Origin: Antedon mediterranea
Lineage: Eukaryota > Animalia > Echinodermata
NCBI RefSeq assembly: GCF_964355755.1
Contig: NC_092671.1
Location: 5,828,001-5,892,000 of the forward strand
Length of the DNA stretch: 64,000 bases
Reading direction: 5' to 3'
The notes under the pieces were generated by a model, which was given only the letters and a program-made list of their open reading frames with translations, made no database searches and was not told the origin of the DNA. Shown here in pieces: positions 40,521 to 55,500 of the stretch. The stretch's first letter is position 1, and every line of letters starts with the position of its first letter. The translations under genes were made by a program, and so were the position numbers.

Positions 40521-43500
40521 ATGACCATGAGTTATAGTAAGTATATTTTCTTACATTTATATTTTCATTGACTTACAAAAAGAAAAACATTTTAAGAGAA
40601 AAAAAAATTTCATTAAAAGGTAAATATTAAAAAGTTATAATAAATTGACATCACAGTATTATGTGTGCATGATTTGTGAAGATGTGTAGACTTTCAAACC
40701 ATTTTTGTACTTTACTGTAAATACAATTTCTATTTTCAAATAAAAAAATCTACAATAATTATTTTGAAATTATCCTGTTATCTCTCACTTTCTTTCATGT
40801 CTACTAAAAATGTACTAAAACACTCTGGAAAGAACTAGCTGCTTGGTGTAATTAATATTGGCCTGCTGCTATATACTAGCGTATAAGTAATTACAATTAG
40901 ACAAGTAATCACAGAAATGTTTTAAGAAAATGAGACTCCTTTTCATTATTACAAAATGTTTGACTTTTGAAATACCGATTTCGGTACGCCGGCTTACTGT
41001 ACCATTTGCCTATCGGCAAAATTGCATGAGCATCTTTTGCTTCTGTATTTGTTTAGACGTTTTAAGAAATTTTATTTTAAATCTGCAGAGTTTTCTAGAG
41101 GGGATTGATAAAAGAACTTCCTTGACGTCAATAAGCTGCTTTCTTTTATGCCATTGACTTCAATTGAAAACCTGGAAAATAACTGACCCCTGGTATAGCT
41201 ACTGTTTATTTGATCTTGGGAATTTTCTTTTTGTTACATAATGTATGTAATTATTATATTAAATAAGATAATACCACTGTAATGTGAATAAAGGATTGTT
41301 TTAATTCAATGCTTAGTTTTGTGCTTCCAGTTTAGAATACCATATTGTATGTATACATACATGCTATAGTTATTAAACTTTATTCATATCAGGAGGTACT
41401 GTATTTTTAAAACAGACCAAGTATTACAGTACTGTATGTCGAATTTAAAAACTCTAGCTTAGATGTGCATCACATGAAAATTGGGTCGCAATGTAATAAT
41501 GCTTTCTTTATAGTATTACACCCTATTTAACTCCATCTAAGGCTCTACTATGGAACTTATGTGTTCTATAGTAACTAATTGGTTAAACCCAATTTCACTG
41601 TTATGTTATGTTATGTCCAATCACTATGGAAATTGTAAATATTTCAGTTGGGTTGTGTATTTGTTGTTATGTTGTCAGTAGTAATGTGTCAATATTTTTG
41701 AATATTTCCTGATTTGTTGCCACAACATATACATGTATTATTTACTTAAATTGGTGGAGCTAATATTTAAAGTCTTTACATTAGTTTATCAAAATAACAT
41801 TTAGTTGCTAACAACATTTAAATAATGCAATTGAACTGAACATTAAAGGTGATAATTAAAATAACACTGGTAATTATTAAGTACCATAATGTACTGTATA
41901 GCAAAGGATATCAATGACAACACTTTATACATATTTACAGTTTTGTTGTTACGGTAGGGGCTAGAAATGGTCACTGTATACAGCTAGCACAATAAAGCAT
42001 TACCTCATTGGTGGGGCTAATCTTTCAAATTATTTTTCATAGGTTAGACCTACAGGGCACAATCAGTTTATCAACACAAAAGTTTATTAACAACTTTATA
42101 GTTTGTGAACAATACTTAAATACAATTGAACGTTATGGTTGATGATTCCCCAAATACCACAAGAGTTACACAACATGTATATTTAGATTTAGTGAAAATG
42201 TCAATTGGTCATATGATTTTTACTTTGTTATGGTTAGTTTTTTTGTCATGTTCTAGTCTGATGTGACATTATCACACTGCAATTGAAACTAGTTGAATGT
42301 CTTTTAGTCCAGAAAATATTTTCTTAACTTGGTGGTCTCCAGAAATCTGCTTTATCAAGGTAGGGTTTTTTTAAATTAAAGAATGATCAATGATATTGAC
42401 AGATACTGTATAACATAATATGTATATTTCTATTTGCATGGACAACACATGGTATTATAGTACTATGGTTTCTATTGGTTTTCCTTAATAATTATTCTCA
42501 AATTATATAGCTTCTGAATTGTATTAAATTACAGTAAGTAGTCCTAGATGCAATTAACTTTAAAAATATCTTTAATTTAAATTGGCCCAGTTCCAAATAT
42601 TGAGTATGTACGCACGTTTTTTGTTTTAAACTGGTATAAGAGTACAGTAGCTCCACCAATAACGTATTAATAGAGTTATAGGAAATGCTGTCTTCCTGTT
42701 TTCTTCTCTCAATTGGCTGAAGCAAGTCATGTGTTCTTGTAGCTTAAGAGTTCAGCGACGTTACTTGTAATTACATTTGTTCGAGTTAGAAGCGGTACAA
42801 TGTGTCAGTAGTAGTATGGATACGGTCACGGCGGCACGTCTTATGTGGATTTATGAAAGTACGAAACCGACCACGTACATTCTTGATACGATGAAACAAG
42901 GGGACATGACGCAACAGTTGTCATTTAGTACGGCAACACAGCTCATGTTGCAATCTAGTCAATTTTCATTTGGTAAGTTTATTGTACCTTGGACCTTTTG
43001 GATTATTATACAGTAAGCAAAAGGGATACTGTACCTTTATTTTCTATGCAATTAACAGTTTTTCTTTATATTTATTCTTTGTTACATAAGGAAGATTAAG
43101 TATCTTTGATTATAATACTTTGCTTTGTGTATTACTGTACAGGTTAAATAATATCAGTTACTAAATACAGTATAGTCTTGTTTTCGGTTTTTTTTCATTC
43201 AGAAAAATGTTAAAATGCATCTACATATCATGTTATATTTTGTACTACAGTTACTCAGTTCTCTGTTGTTCTCGTAGCAAATTATAGAAGTAACATGACT
43301 TTAAAAATAGGAAACATGTTTACCTACTCCGTTTTGAATTAAAAGCACTAAACGCGATCATGTACACAGTAGGAACAGTGTCACAGGATGGGCCTGTGGC
43401 TTTGCGATAGGTGCTGGAAAGGGTCTTACCAATTACCATCTAATTATATCGTGCCCCTCTTGTTGGCGTCTGTGGTTTGTTTTGCACAAACTTTGCTTAT

Positions 43501-46500
43501 TTATCCCGCGTTCTATCTCAGTGGATATGCTCTGTATTTTATTGTCTTTGATATTTCAAAAGGAAATTAATATTGTTTTGACAAATGTTCATATTGCAGT
43601 CAATTGTTAGCCAGCTTTTAGACAAAGTAACTATTTTATATCCTATTGTAAGTTTATCTTTTTAATTTTTTTTATTATCTTTTTTATCAAACTATTTTCT
43701 ACCCCTGTTTAGGCAGTGACCTAATACCAAAGGGCCTAAATCTACATAATACTGTATAGGATAAAATTTCCACTAAATTTAGAAGTTGGCCTGTAACTAA
43801 GTCGGTATATAATAATGTATTTATATATAGTGTAGTTTTTTCATTTTAAGCCCCATAGATACCTAAAATTGTCATACATTTCTGAGGATACAGAACCACA
43901 ACTTTTATTTCCATGTACTTCGGTTGTTACATGAGCAAAATCAATGTCACAAACAACCAAGTATGCTGCCTCAATTTAGAAACCCTGACTTTTAATACTC
44001 AAATCCTGACATTAGTCTTACTGGCTTAATCATGTGACCGGTGTTCATACATTATTTATGACATTCATTCAAGGTACATCAAAGTACAGAGCATTGTCAT
44101 TGCTGACTTCATGCAAATAATTAACATATTTGTCAATTCATATGTTTATTTTAAGTTCAATTCAATTATTATTATTATTATTATCATCATATATGTTATG
44201 ATGATGATCTAGTAATCATAATATACTATTAATGCTGCTGACTTATTACCGGTATTGCAGGATGTGGTTTAATATTTAGGTGTTTTCTGTAGGTGTTAAA
44301 AGAATGGAAAACTCCACCCATCAGTACCACCCAACATTATGTGGTTAAGAGCAATACAGTAGAATGACACAGTACATATAAAAGCTTAACTTACCTATTG
44401 TTAGGTTAATAGCAGAGATAGTTATAGTAGATATTATTATAAAATAAATAAAGTCAATGTATAAATAATATAAATCAAAATAATTTAATGATGTGTTTTT
44501 TCCTGGTGGTGAAGTTGGCAGCATTTACCATCTATAATGTATGCTACCAACATCATTATGTTGTAGTGTTTCGTCGACAACATTTCGTTAATAAGATTGA
44601 TGATTCCAGAAGAGTTTATTAAATTACGATAGATATTTTATTGATAAAATAGATTAAAGTAACTGATTGTCTTAAATATTTATTTTATTTCTCTTCATCT
44701 GCATAAAAATGTTCCCTGAACTTAAAGTTATGAGTTAAGAATATGGGGTTGCCAAGAGGTCACTCATGTGGCATATGTAATTCTATTATAAACAATAAAC
44801 AGTGGTTAGTCACTAATTTAATAATTGTGCTTTCTACTAATTTTAATAAAAAATAAATTGGTAAAAAAATGAATGGCAGGATGCACATAAGTATTAATGG
44901 ACACATCTCCAAGTGGTCATGTGATCCACTGCTCAACGGCCATACTGCGTTGAAACACCGGTTCTTGTCAGATCACCGAAGTTAAGCAACATTCGGCCTA
45001 GTTGCATTCTGAATGGGAGACCGTCATAGCATGTGATAGGTATGGGTTCGAGCCTATCTGTATCATACTAATTGTATTTTTATGAAAGATGCTTTACTAT
45101 CATTGCTTCGTCCTTCGGATGGGATGTAAAGCCGTTGGTCCTGTATACATAATAGTGCACGTTAAAGAACTTGGCACACTATTCGAAAAAAGAGTAGGGG
45201 ATTGCCTCCTGGTGTGCTGATCTGGTAGTAACTGCACTGGCCTAATCCAATTTTTCTTAGTTTTCAGTCAAACTTGAGGACCAAGAATAATACATTTAAC
45301 ATTTAACATTTTTTAACACAAAGAGGAAGATGAGAAATGAATCTTTGTACATTTTAAAGTTTTGTTCCATTGAATATTTAACATTGTATTATATTAGAAA
45401 TAGGGATCAGGTTGTTATTACAATGTTAGTAGTCTATTTTATGCCCATTGTAATAGTACCTGGAAAAGTAACAATTAGCCCTATCCTAAAAAAAAAGAGA
45501 TTATGAAAAGAATGCTCAAAGTAAATGTTAATCTCTTTGAGTAACATGCATCAATAGGGGTATTGTGTTTAAATCCAGGCAGGTGACTAACTAATGGAAC
45601 TTATTATATACTGTTTACTACAGTATATAAGTTTTATTAGTTAGCTCTTTTCAGAAAATTCCAAAACTCCACATTTTTGACATTCTGGGTAAATCTATTT
45701 TTTAATCAAAATGTCAAACATTAGTACTTTATGTTAATAGTTGTAACCTTGGTATTTTATGCAAGCTTGTATATTAATAGTTTAAATGATATTCTAGTGT
45801 CAGCCGTGCATATTAATTTCTTGTAGTTATAGTTTTATTGTACCCCTGAGATGTAATGGATAATTGAGAGAGCAGCATATTTAACATGACATGACTGTTG
45901 AATGTAACATCTTTGTCAAATATTACATAGAGTTTACTCTGCATATGGCCTTTAATAATTTAAATGTCCTGTCCTATTTTTATGGTCCAGTACTACATGG
46001 GTTATGTTATGTTGTTCGATTTATATATCGCTTTACAATCAAAAGATTGTCCCAAAGCGCTGAGAGAAAAAACAGAAATTTAATGATTTTTAAAAGTACA
46101 GATTTGACAGAGATGCTTTACTGTGAAATGAAAACCACTATTGCCAACCACCAGTCAAAGGAGAACCCAAAAGTATCCTTTAATATTAGGTTCTACTTTA
46201 TTTCTTAAATGATTTCAACTACATATATTTTTGTGTGTCACTTATTTATTTACCCTTTATAACCTTTTTATACTGTATTTTGATATCTGTAAGCAAAAGA
46301 GTGTGCCACTAATTAGGTTGACCTGACTATAATTGAGATGTCCCTTAGTAGAAAGATTTCTTATAAAGATGTCCCAAAATAGTGTTCCTTTTTATACACT
46401 TTCTACTGCAGTCTTTAAATTGATTTTTTAAATCGTGTATTAGGCATAGTTTCTTTTGCTAAAATGTCCATTAGATATTTCCAGTGGTCTTAATATTTAT

Positions 46501-49500
46501 CTGTGTAATAACATCAAGCTTGTCAAGTTGAGGATGACAGTGGATTAGGCAAGGGGTAGCAATACGGGGAAAGAGCCATGACCCGGGGTGAGACGTGTGG
46601 CGACTCAAAATTTGGAAGGGTGCATGCGAACCGTCTATATCTCTTCCTTCTTTGGAACTGTGAGAATAACAAGAGGGTTGCTAAATTAGCTAGGGAAAAC
46701 ATATTCGTTATTTCAGAGTCTTAATTTCTTATCTGCCAATATGCCCCTGTTTTATAAGTACAAACGAATTCATGCTCGGCTAGATTATATTTTGAACTCT
46801 TTGTTCAGTTACAACTATTTTCGGAACTAAAAAGAACTATATTGTGGTTGTTGACACAAACAAAACCAAATTTACAATTTTTGTGATGGAATATCCTAAA
46901 TTATTTTGTAATGATTTTTTTAAATAAAAAGTTTAAAATATTTTATTTAGATTTATTGATAAAAATTTTAAATTTTAAACTATAATAATATCAATATCTA
47001 ATTTTTTTCACTTTTTATATTCTTTTTGTAAGTAAATTTATTTTTGTTTGTTTTTCTGCAGAAGTCAATAACGTTATTAAAACTTCAAAATGGCCTATTT
47101 CAATTTTGATTTTATCTCTATTTTTCATATTTTTAAGGACAATAAATTATTCAAAAATATGTATTCCCTATAATAGTCTTCTAGTTGTAGTACTGTCTAT
47201 AATAGATTATTTCCAAGTTCTAATTGAAAAGTGGTTTGCTGATTCCGTTTAATAATTCTTTTTTTAACTTAAAAAAAAAATCAACACTCTACAGAAGTCG
47301 AAACAAGTTTTAAAAGATTAGACACGTTGGAATATTTCCCCGAGAGACTGTCCTTTATCGTGTAATTAACCCTGTCATTGATATTGTCATATAAAGGGTT
47401 AACTGGGTCATTTGATAGATATGTGGCCATGATTACTGAAAAATGCGATAGTACAAATATATGAAGGGAAATGATATAGCAACAAGTCACTAACTTATAG
47501 GCACATAATCACTCGATTAAATAGTAGTCCTATAATCTTCCTAGTCAGACTCTGGAGAGAAAAAATGTTTATATAATTCGCTTAATTGTTTGTATATACG
47601 TAACACTGTTAACATTGTACAGACAGACTATAAGTATGAATACAAATTGGTTTTTTTTCTGTCAGAACACTATAGGCAGATGTGAATACCACCTGATATA
47701 TGTTTTATGTGTAAATAAATATCTTTGTATATTTGTGTTATGTTGAAATGGTTGCTATGACCGAAGGGCCCTTTCAGACATAGGCATGATGACTTATGCA
47801 AATTGACTGTTCATTATAGTCCTGTCCACATTCAATTAGCTTACCTAATAATAAAACAAACTTTATGTTTTTAATTATAATATACAGTAATGTACTACAT
47901 ACGGTGAATTATAGAATTATAATATAATGATTTATTTTGCTTTCAACTTTTAAAAACTTATTTCTTTTTATACATTTATAGATAAGAAAGAAAATCCAAA
48001 TGTGTTGCAAGACATAGAACAAGAACTTGTTCTGTTAAAACAGAAAACAAAACAATCGGTAAGTTTTATCTTTTCTGATTTATCCTTTAAAGGAAGTTCC
48101 TACTACTATCTGATGCTATGACCATATATGGTAGTGATCTTTCATTTCCAGATATAGCAACTCCAATTTTCTCTCAGTTTTCATAAATTAATCAATCTAG
48201 TCAATACAGATGACTACACTATATTTAGAAAGCTATATAATTATTGTATCATAACTGGTTAGTGAATTAATATATTTATTGCCAAATGTACTGTAGATCT
48301 TCTAGAAGATGCCATTATAACTTGTTTAGGACCAATTATGAAATTATACTTCTGATGTATAATATTTTGATAATAGAATAAAATCTGTATACGGTACCTG
48401 CAATGTTGGAAATCTGAAAGAAATGTTATTTTTAAAATATAAAATAAACATTTCTATTCTAAAGAGTGTTATCAATTTCAAAAAGTGAAACAATGTCAGA
48501 TTAACACTCAAATTAATTACTTTTATAGATTTTCTCTAAATGAAAGTAATGTTTAAAACAGAATGGAAAGAGAAAAATTCATTGAAGATAAGGTTTATTT
48601 ATGTACAAAAATAAAGAATATGGAGTGCACTGTATATTATTGAGATTCTTGTCTCGTGTACAGTAGTTTAAGATAGAATCTACTTTTTAAAGAAATACGT
48701 CTTACAAAAAACGCCGCTCTTCTGGCGATAACTACCATCTACATGCATCTCAATATTTATCAGCAAATGTTTTCATAGACTCTTTTTTTTACCCAGACGT
48801 ACTTTGGGATGTGCGCATGCCCAGTCCGAGTTTCCAAATACCCATTTTTTTCAGCTGTAAAAAACTATAAGCTACCGCATGGATATAACTGGCTAAAGAA
48901 GCGGGCCGAAAATTATAAACTCATTGTTTCCTTCTTGTGGAACTGTTTAATTATGAACATAGAGTATTAATGTTGAACTAGTTTTTATATTCCTTGTTGA
49001 TGAAATATTATTATATATTATTTATGATTAATAATGTATTGTGTGTCTGTGTCAACAATGTTCTAATATTCACATTAAGCTACCTAGCTAGTCATCTTGG
49101 CATCATCTATAGGAAGAATTTTGCATTATACTTCATTTGATATTTCCTCTAAAACAAGCAGTATAGTGTTTTCCAGACATTTTAAAAATCTTAATATGAG
49201 ACAGTTTCAATTCTAACAAAACTCAATAATACAGGAAAGTAGACATGATTTAAAGCATTTAAAGCGAACAATAAAAGCATCAAGTTGATTGCGTTTTTTA
49301 GGCTTTGGTTTGGTAAACACACAACAGCTTGTACTGTCTATATTGCTGCCAGCATTTTGATAGACTTATGGTGACAATCTATAGAGCTTTTATTTATTTC
49401 CATTTCATTGCATTGTCATTGATGTTTTTTTACAGGCTCATGCATTGTTTGCATATTTCAGTTATTGTTAAATTTGTATGATGTCATAGGTCCCTGGGAT

Positions 49501-52500
49501 GCAAAGAGCCCATGTAAAATATTTGTGATTCTTTTATAGTGATATTATTTTTATCTGAATAGTACATATACATAGTTACTATGTGGATCAACAGGTTGTC
49601 AAAACAAATGATATCAATTTCATATTCTTACAATCTTTAAAAAGTAGGACATTTTATGACATTTCATTTTATGACATTACCTTGCAAACCAGGAGAATCA
49701 AGATTAATTATTCCTATTCATATCAAGGTTGTATGTATTATATTAGAAAAATACTAGTAACATGGAGCCAGAACAAAGACTTGCAATGCAACTTTGGATA
49801 TACTTAATCAACCTAAGTGTTTCAACCTCGGAATTACTCGAGAAAATAATCCATATTTTTAATATAGTATCTATTTTAAATTAAAATTTCATAATTACAA
49901 TATTAGAAAGAGATTAGGAATACATAGAAATTATAAAATCGTTAATTTATTAAAACAATGGATGGCTTTTCACAGATATTTTATAACGATAGCTACACTG
50001 TGGTGAATACTGTATTTCCTTATTTGAACATGAAGAAAGATACTGTACCAATGTTCACAGGATTTCCGTTAAGAAATATAGAAACTGAAACTACACAAAT
50101 ATATAGTCCAATAAAAATGTGTGTAAACAGAAAAAGTCAAATACTACAGTATATCCATATTTGCAAATTAATTATTTAGGCTAGAGTGAGACCCGTCTCT
50201 TTAAACTTGTAGATACCCAGAGTGGATGTACACTGTAATTGTGCTGGGCAAAGGTGGGTGGGATCTTCCTTAAGATCTTCCACCTACTTTAATACCCCCT
50301 CTCCCCTCTAAGCTTAGCCTAATTTCAAGAGCACCCACCCACCCCAATAAACCTCTGTATTTTTCCTCAGCTACCCTTTAATTTTTAATACACTCCTTTA
50401 GATTTTTCGAGATATATCCTTACCCTGTTGAAAAAAATATACATAACGAAATATCATTTTGTCTCCTACAGAATATTGTTCGAGTAAAATTTGAATATGA
50501 CAAAGAAAAAAGGTATTGTTTTTTTTAATAAATAATATAATATTAATATAATAAAAATAACAAAATAAATAATGTTTTCTATAATTTGTGAAATTTTTAG
50601 AGAAGTATCAAAATAGTGTACAAAATATTTGAGAAAACATATTTGCATATCTTTTACAGATGTTTAGAAGTTCATAGACCTCTAAAATTCCAGGATCTTT
50701 TAAATAAAGCAAAAACAGCATATGGTTTACCTGCAACGATGCAAGTCCATATGAGGTTTACAACACATGAAGTTAATTCATCTGTAAGTATTTTTATTTT
50801 AATATGGTATATAAAAAGTACAAAACGATAGCACACAGCTAAAAATGTTTGTGTTGTCTCCTAAAATCATAAAAATAACAATTTATCAAATCGGACTTTG
50901 AATAGGCCATTTAGCAGTTTTAATTGAGTTATTCAATTCCATTGAAAAAAAGGGACAAAAATTATGATTTCACTTGGAAAAAGACAAATTAAACAGTTAG
51001 ATTTATCCAAAACCCATTGTCTACAGACAGTTTAGACAATTTTTGCTTCAATTTACAGTTTTTTAAATAAATATTTTTTTTCCGATCCAATTTTTGTCAA
51101 ATTTGTACATCTTTAAATATTCTCTATTTTTATAAAGGTTACTCTACAATAATAGAACTGCCAAAACCTCAAGGTTGTTTTTATGAGTTAATTCATGAAT
51201 AAAAATGATGTAGATGTCATGAAGTATATAAAATTTGGTGAACTATTGATTATATCGGTTGCCATGGCTATAACAGTTTGTTTTCAAAAGCTTTTGTCTT
51301 GCCACATTGTTTTCTTTTTGATAAAAATTGATTATAAATTTATGAGATTGCTTTGTGTATCCAAAAAAAGCTTGCATTGGATATATTGAATAATTAATAC
51401 AATTATGCATAACCAGAAAACCATATTTATTTTAGGAAGTACAATGATGTATAAAGGTTATTAAAAAGAAATGGCCAATTTGATGTGGTTCATTATTATA
51501 TCGGTTTTATATCATCATTATTACAATTAGGCATATTGATTAAAATTAAGTATACTTTTAAACAAAGACAAGGATATGCAGTGGTACAAACATCTTGGAT
51601 TGTAGAAGAGTTCAAAGCTCTGTCTACACTATTAAATATGGTAGTGATATGCCTAAATATGGTAGTGATATGACATCATTTCCGGGCACATCACATTTTG
51701 TTGTCAAATTAAGTTTGATAGTGTAGACAAGACGTTAGCAAGGAAGGGTGACATGACCACCTATACCAAGCACAATTGGATGTAAAAGCATTAATAATAA
51801 AATAATTGCTAATAATAAGAATAATTTCTTTCTCTTTTTTTTTTAGATAATCATTCCAATTAATGGTCAGACAGATCTGGATCAAGCAGTAGAACTTGTA
51901 GATCGAAATCCAAATTCCAAAAGTCTTCGAATATGTTTAGAAGCGTTGAAAACAGAGTTATACGACACAGCAGTAAGTAATATGCATGGAGTCTGCCCAA
52001 CATTTAATTGGTAGTCATAGTAACCCACTATTATATAACATGCCTTACTGTACAATCAAACAAAACATTTCGTATATCCCTTTGTTTAAAAACATTGTAA
52101 TTTCGACCGGAAATTATAATAAGTACCCCATTACAAATTTTGAGATGCATTGATGAAGGTAATCGTGCATTTGGTCTTTTTGGAAAGGTTCACTGGTACT
52201 TAAGTTAATTAAAAAGTTCACGCAATGGAGTGTAAAAATATTTTAATTATACCACCCCCTCAAAATTCATGGTGAATAACTTTAATAGGGCCAAGTTCCT
52301 ATTTGTAATTTTTTAAAAGGTTTAGATTCACTCTCGTTCAAAGTCATCGTGAACAAATTTAAATTAAGTGCAAATGCATACATCTTTTTTATGAATAATT
52401 ATAATCATTGGAATAAAAATTAAAGGGCCAATTTTCTACCTATTAAACAATAAAAAAGTACATGTACCACAAAGTAAAGTGAATTTATACTATTAACCTA

Positions 52501-55500
52501 CCTCAAATTTGATTGATCATATCTTCAGATTTTAAATATATGACCAGTAAATTCCAATAGTGAGTAATCTCCTGATTATTAGCACCTTTTTACCCACCTT
52601 AATTGGACAGTGGAGTGAATTTGGTTTTTTTGGACCCTATTTATCCACACATGTAACACTGTATGTGTTTATTATTATAAATTTGTGTGAATGAATAATT
52701 GTACTTTTTCAGATACGTAATAAATACCCTGTAGCAAACAGGTCACTATCAGCATCCCATGTTGTGGCAACAGTGTCTAGTAATGAAAGTAAAAGGCATT
52801 CAACGCCCGCATTAGGGTCAAGAGAATCACCCCCACCAGGTTATGTTCCCCCAGATTATCAATTACATCAAACAAGTGATCGAGATCTATTTATTCCAGA
52901 AACTCATGAGGTAAGTTATTATTATAAAATTTAAAAAAAAACAACTCATGAATGTTCTCCCTATTCAACTCATGAAACTATTCTCAAAATTCAACTTGGG
53001 AAAATATTCTCCCCATTCAACTCATGAAAATATTCTCCCCATTCAACTCATGAAAATATTCTCCCCATTCAACTCATGAAAATATTCTCCCCATTCAACT
53101 CATGAAAATATTCTCCCCATTCAACTCATGAAAATATTCTCCCCATTCAACTCATGAAAATATTCTCCCCATTCAACTCATGAAAATATTCTCCCCATTC
53201 AACTCATGAAAATATTCTCCCCATTCAACTCATGAAAATATTCTCCCCATTCAACTCATGAAAATATTCTCCCCATTCAACTCATGAAAATATTCTCCCC
53301 ATTCAACTCATGAAAATATTCTCCCCATTCAACTCATGAAAATATTCTCCCCATTCAACTCATGAAAATATTCTCCCCATTCAACTCATGAAAATATTCT
53401 CCCCATTCAACTCATGAAAATATTCTCCCCATTCAACTCATGAAAATATTCTCCCCATTCAACTCATGAAAATATTCTCCCCATTCAACTCATGAGAATA
53501 TTCTCCCCATTCAACTCATGAGAATATTCTCCCCATTCAACTCATGAAAATATTCTCTTAATAATTAACTATATGCATATTAAAGTCAGTTATGAGTTAA
53601 TATGCCTAATGTAAACTAGGTTCTATACACACAAAACATTTAGATGTTATGTATTAAATGGGAAATCAATTTGCATTAATAATTAATTATTAACTGTTTT
53701 TGATGATTTTGAACGTTTCTCTGTTGGATGACTCATATACCTGTACTTCTTAAAAAATACTTCAAGTCCTAATTATTAGAATTATTAGAATCACATGATT
53801 CAACTGGTGTTATTATAACCAATTTGAAAACCTTGCCACTATTGTTGATCTGACTCAGAAATGAAATGACATACTCTCTGTTATAAGTGAGTGACGATTG
53901 ATATCTTGGTTATAAAATATAGCAATCTGGAAACGAAGGGTATAACACTTTCTGATATATCTTATAAACCTAGGATGCTTATAAAATAATGACACAAAGT
54001 TACATTTAATGCGTGTTTAATGGAAATGATTTACTGTAGTTCTATTTCAGTATCTCTGATCTAATCTTGTTAGGAGACGGCAATTTACAATCGACAATAG
54101 CTTTTAACACATAATTCATTGATGCCTTTAAGTGATTTCTAACAATTTGAGAAAGATTATTTAAATGAAGAATATTACTAACTGTAATTATAGAAATGAA
54201 AAAGATTTTGAACTTATGATTGGACTATGCCATTTGTAAATTTGTTTAGCCAAAATCTTATGTTTTCTCTGTATGTACTGAATTGTAATTTTCAATCAAC
54301 TATACTGTAGAGGTACTGTACATAAAGTTTTAAATTGCGAATTTCGCTCAATGAAATGTTAACAGTTGGAAACAATAAATTATTATAATAAAATTAATAT
54401 ATTAAACATTGTACCTGTGGATACTAAATATCCATTACGGTATATTTAATATATAATCTACTTTGAAAGATGAAAAAAAAACAATATATACCTATTAACG
54501 GCCAAAAATTTAGGACGATAACTTATTTAAGTTAGTAGACAATACTGGCAAACTAAAGCACTGTCTGCACTATCAAACTTTATGTGAAAAAAAAATGTAA
54601 TGATGTCATATCACTACCATATTTGAGCATATCATTACCATATTTGGCCACATGACAATTTTGTTTGATTGTGTAGACAGAGCTTAAGAAACAAATAAAA
54701 AAAATGTCAGCAAGTACAAAATAACATTTTGCCAAGTAATAAAGTGTTTGATTCAATCAACACTTTAGCTGCTTTGACAACAAATAGATCAGATTTTTAT
54801 TAATAACGTATCCTCTACGATTAGGAAATAAATAAATACTACTTGTAGTCAAGAAACGTGTAGACATTTATAAGACAAGTTTACTGACAAACTGCTTGAT
54901 TTAAGCAATTAATAGTGTCACATATATTTATACATCAATCATCTATTTGTGTATATATTATATCTTGATTTGATGGCTGTTAACTAGTTTTCTTAATAGC
55001 GTGTCCTCTGGGAAGGATTTTATTTAAACCTGTTGGGATAATATTCAATTCAGTTCTGTCTGTGAATGGTTTTAATTTGAAAATAAATGTATATTTTATT
55101 AGTTGGTTTATTGTAGCACTTTAACATCATCTGACTAACAGTACATTTTCTAAGCATTAATTTAATGAAGTTATTCATGATATTCAGTGCATTTATTTGT
55201 TGTAAAATTTGAATTTCAAAACATATTATTTAACATTGTTAACCTCTTTATCTCATTTTTTAAAAATAAATGCTTTTAAGCAACTTAGAATTTTGTATTT
55301 AATACTGATAAAAAGATATAAACCTGATCATGAATTATTTCTTAATTAATTTTTTATACAATATATTCAAAACCACAAATAAATCTATCATTTTAGACAG
55401 AAATTTTAGTAATCTTTATTAGTTTATAGGTTAGCAAATATTTATGTATATACCGTATATTTTGGTGTACAGTATAAGTCGCACTTTTGACGCGCAAATT

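Noticed and set aside
44931-45025. Functional 5S rRNA gene
   Set aside because: It is truncated at ~95 nt, the internal control region is mutated, and it is fused to a SINE body.
52943-53557. CRISPR-like regular repeats (also 10991-12740 and 7099-7350)
   Set aside because: Units are head-to-tail with no unique spacers, there are no cas genes, and the context is a eukaryotic intron.
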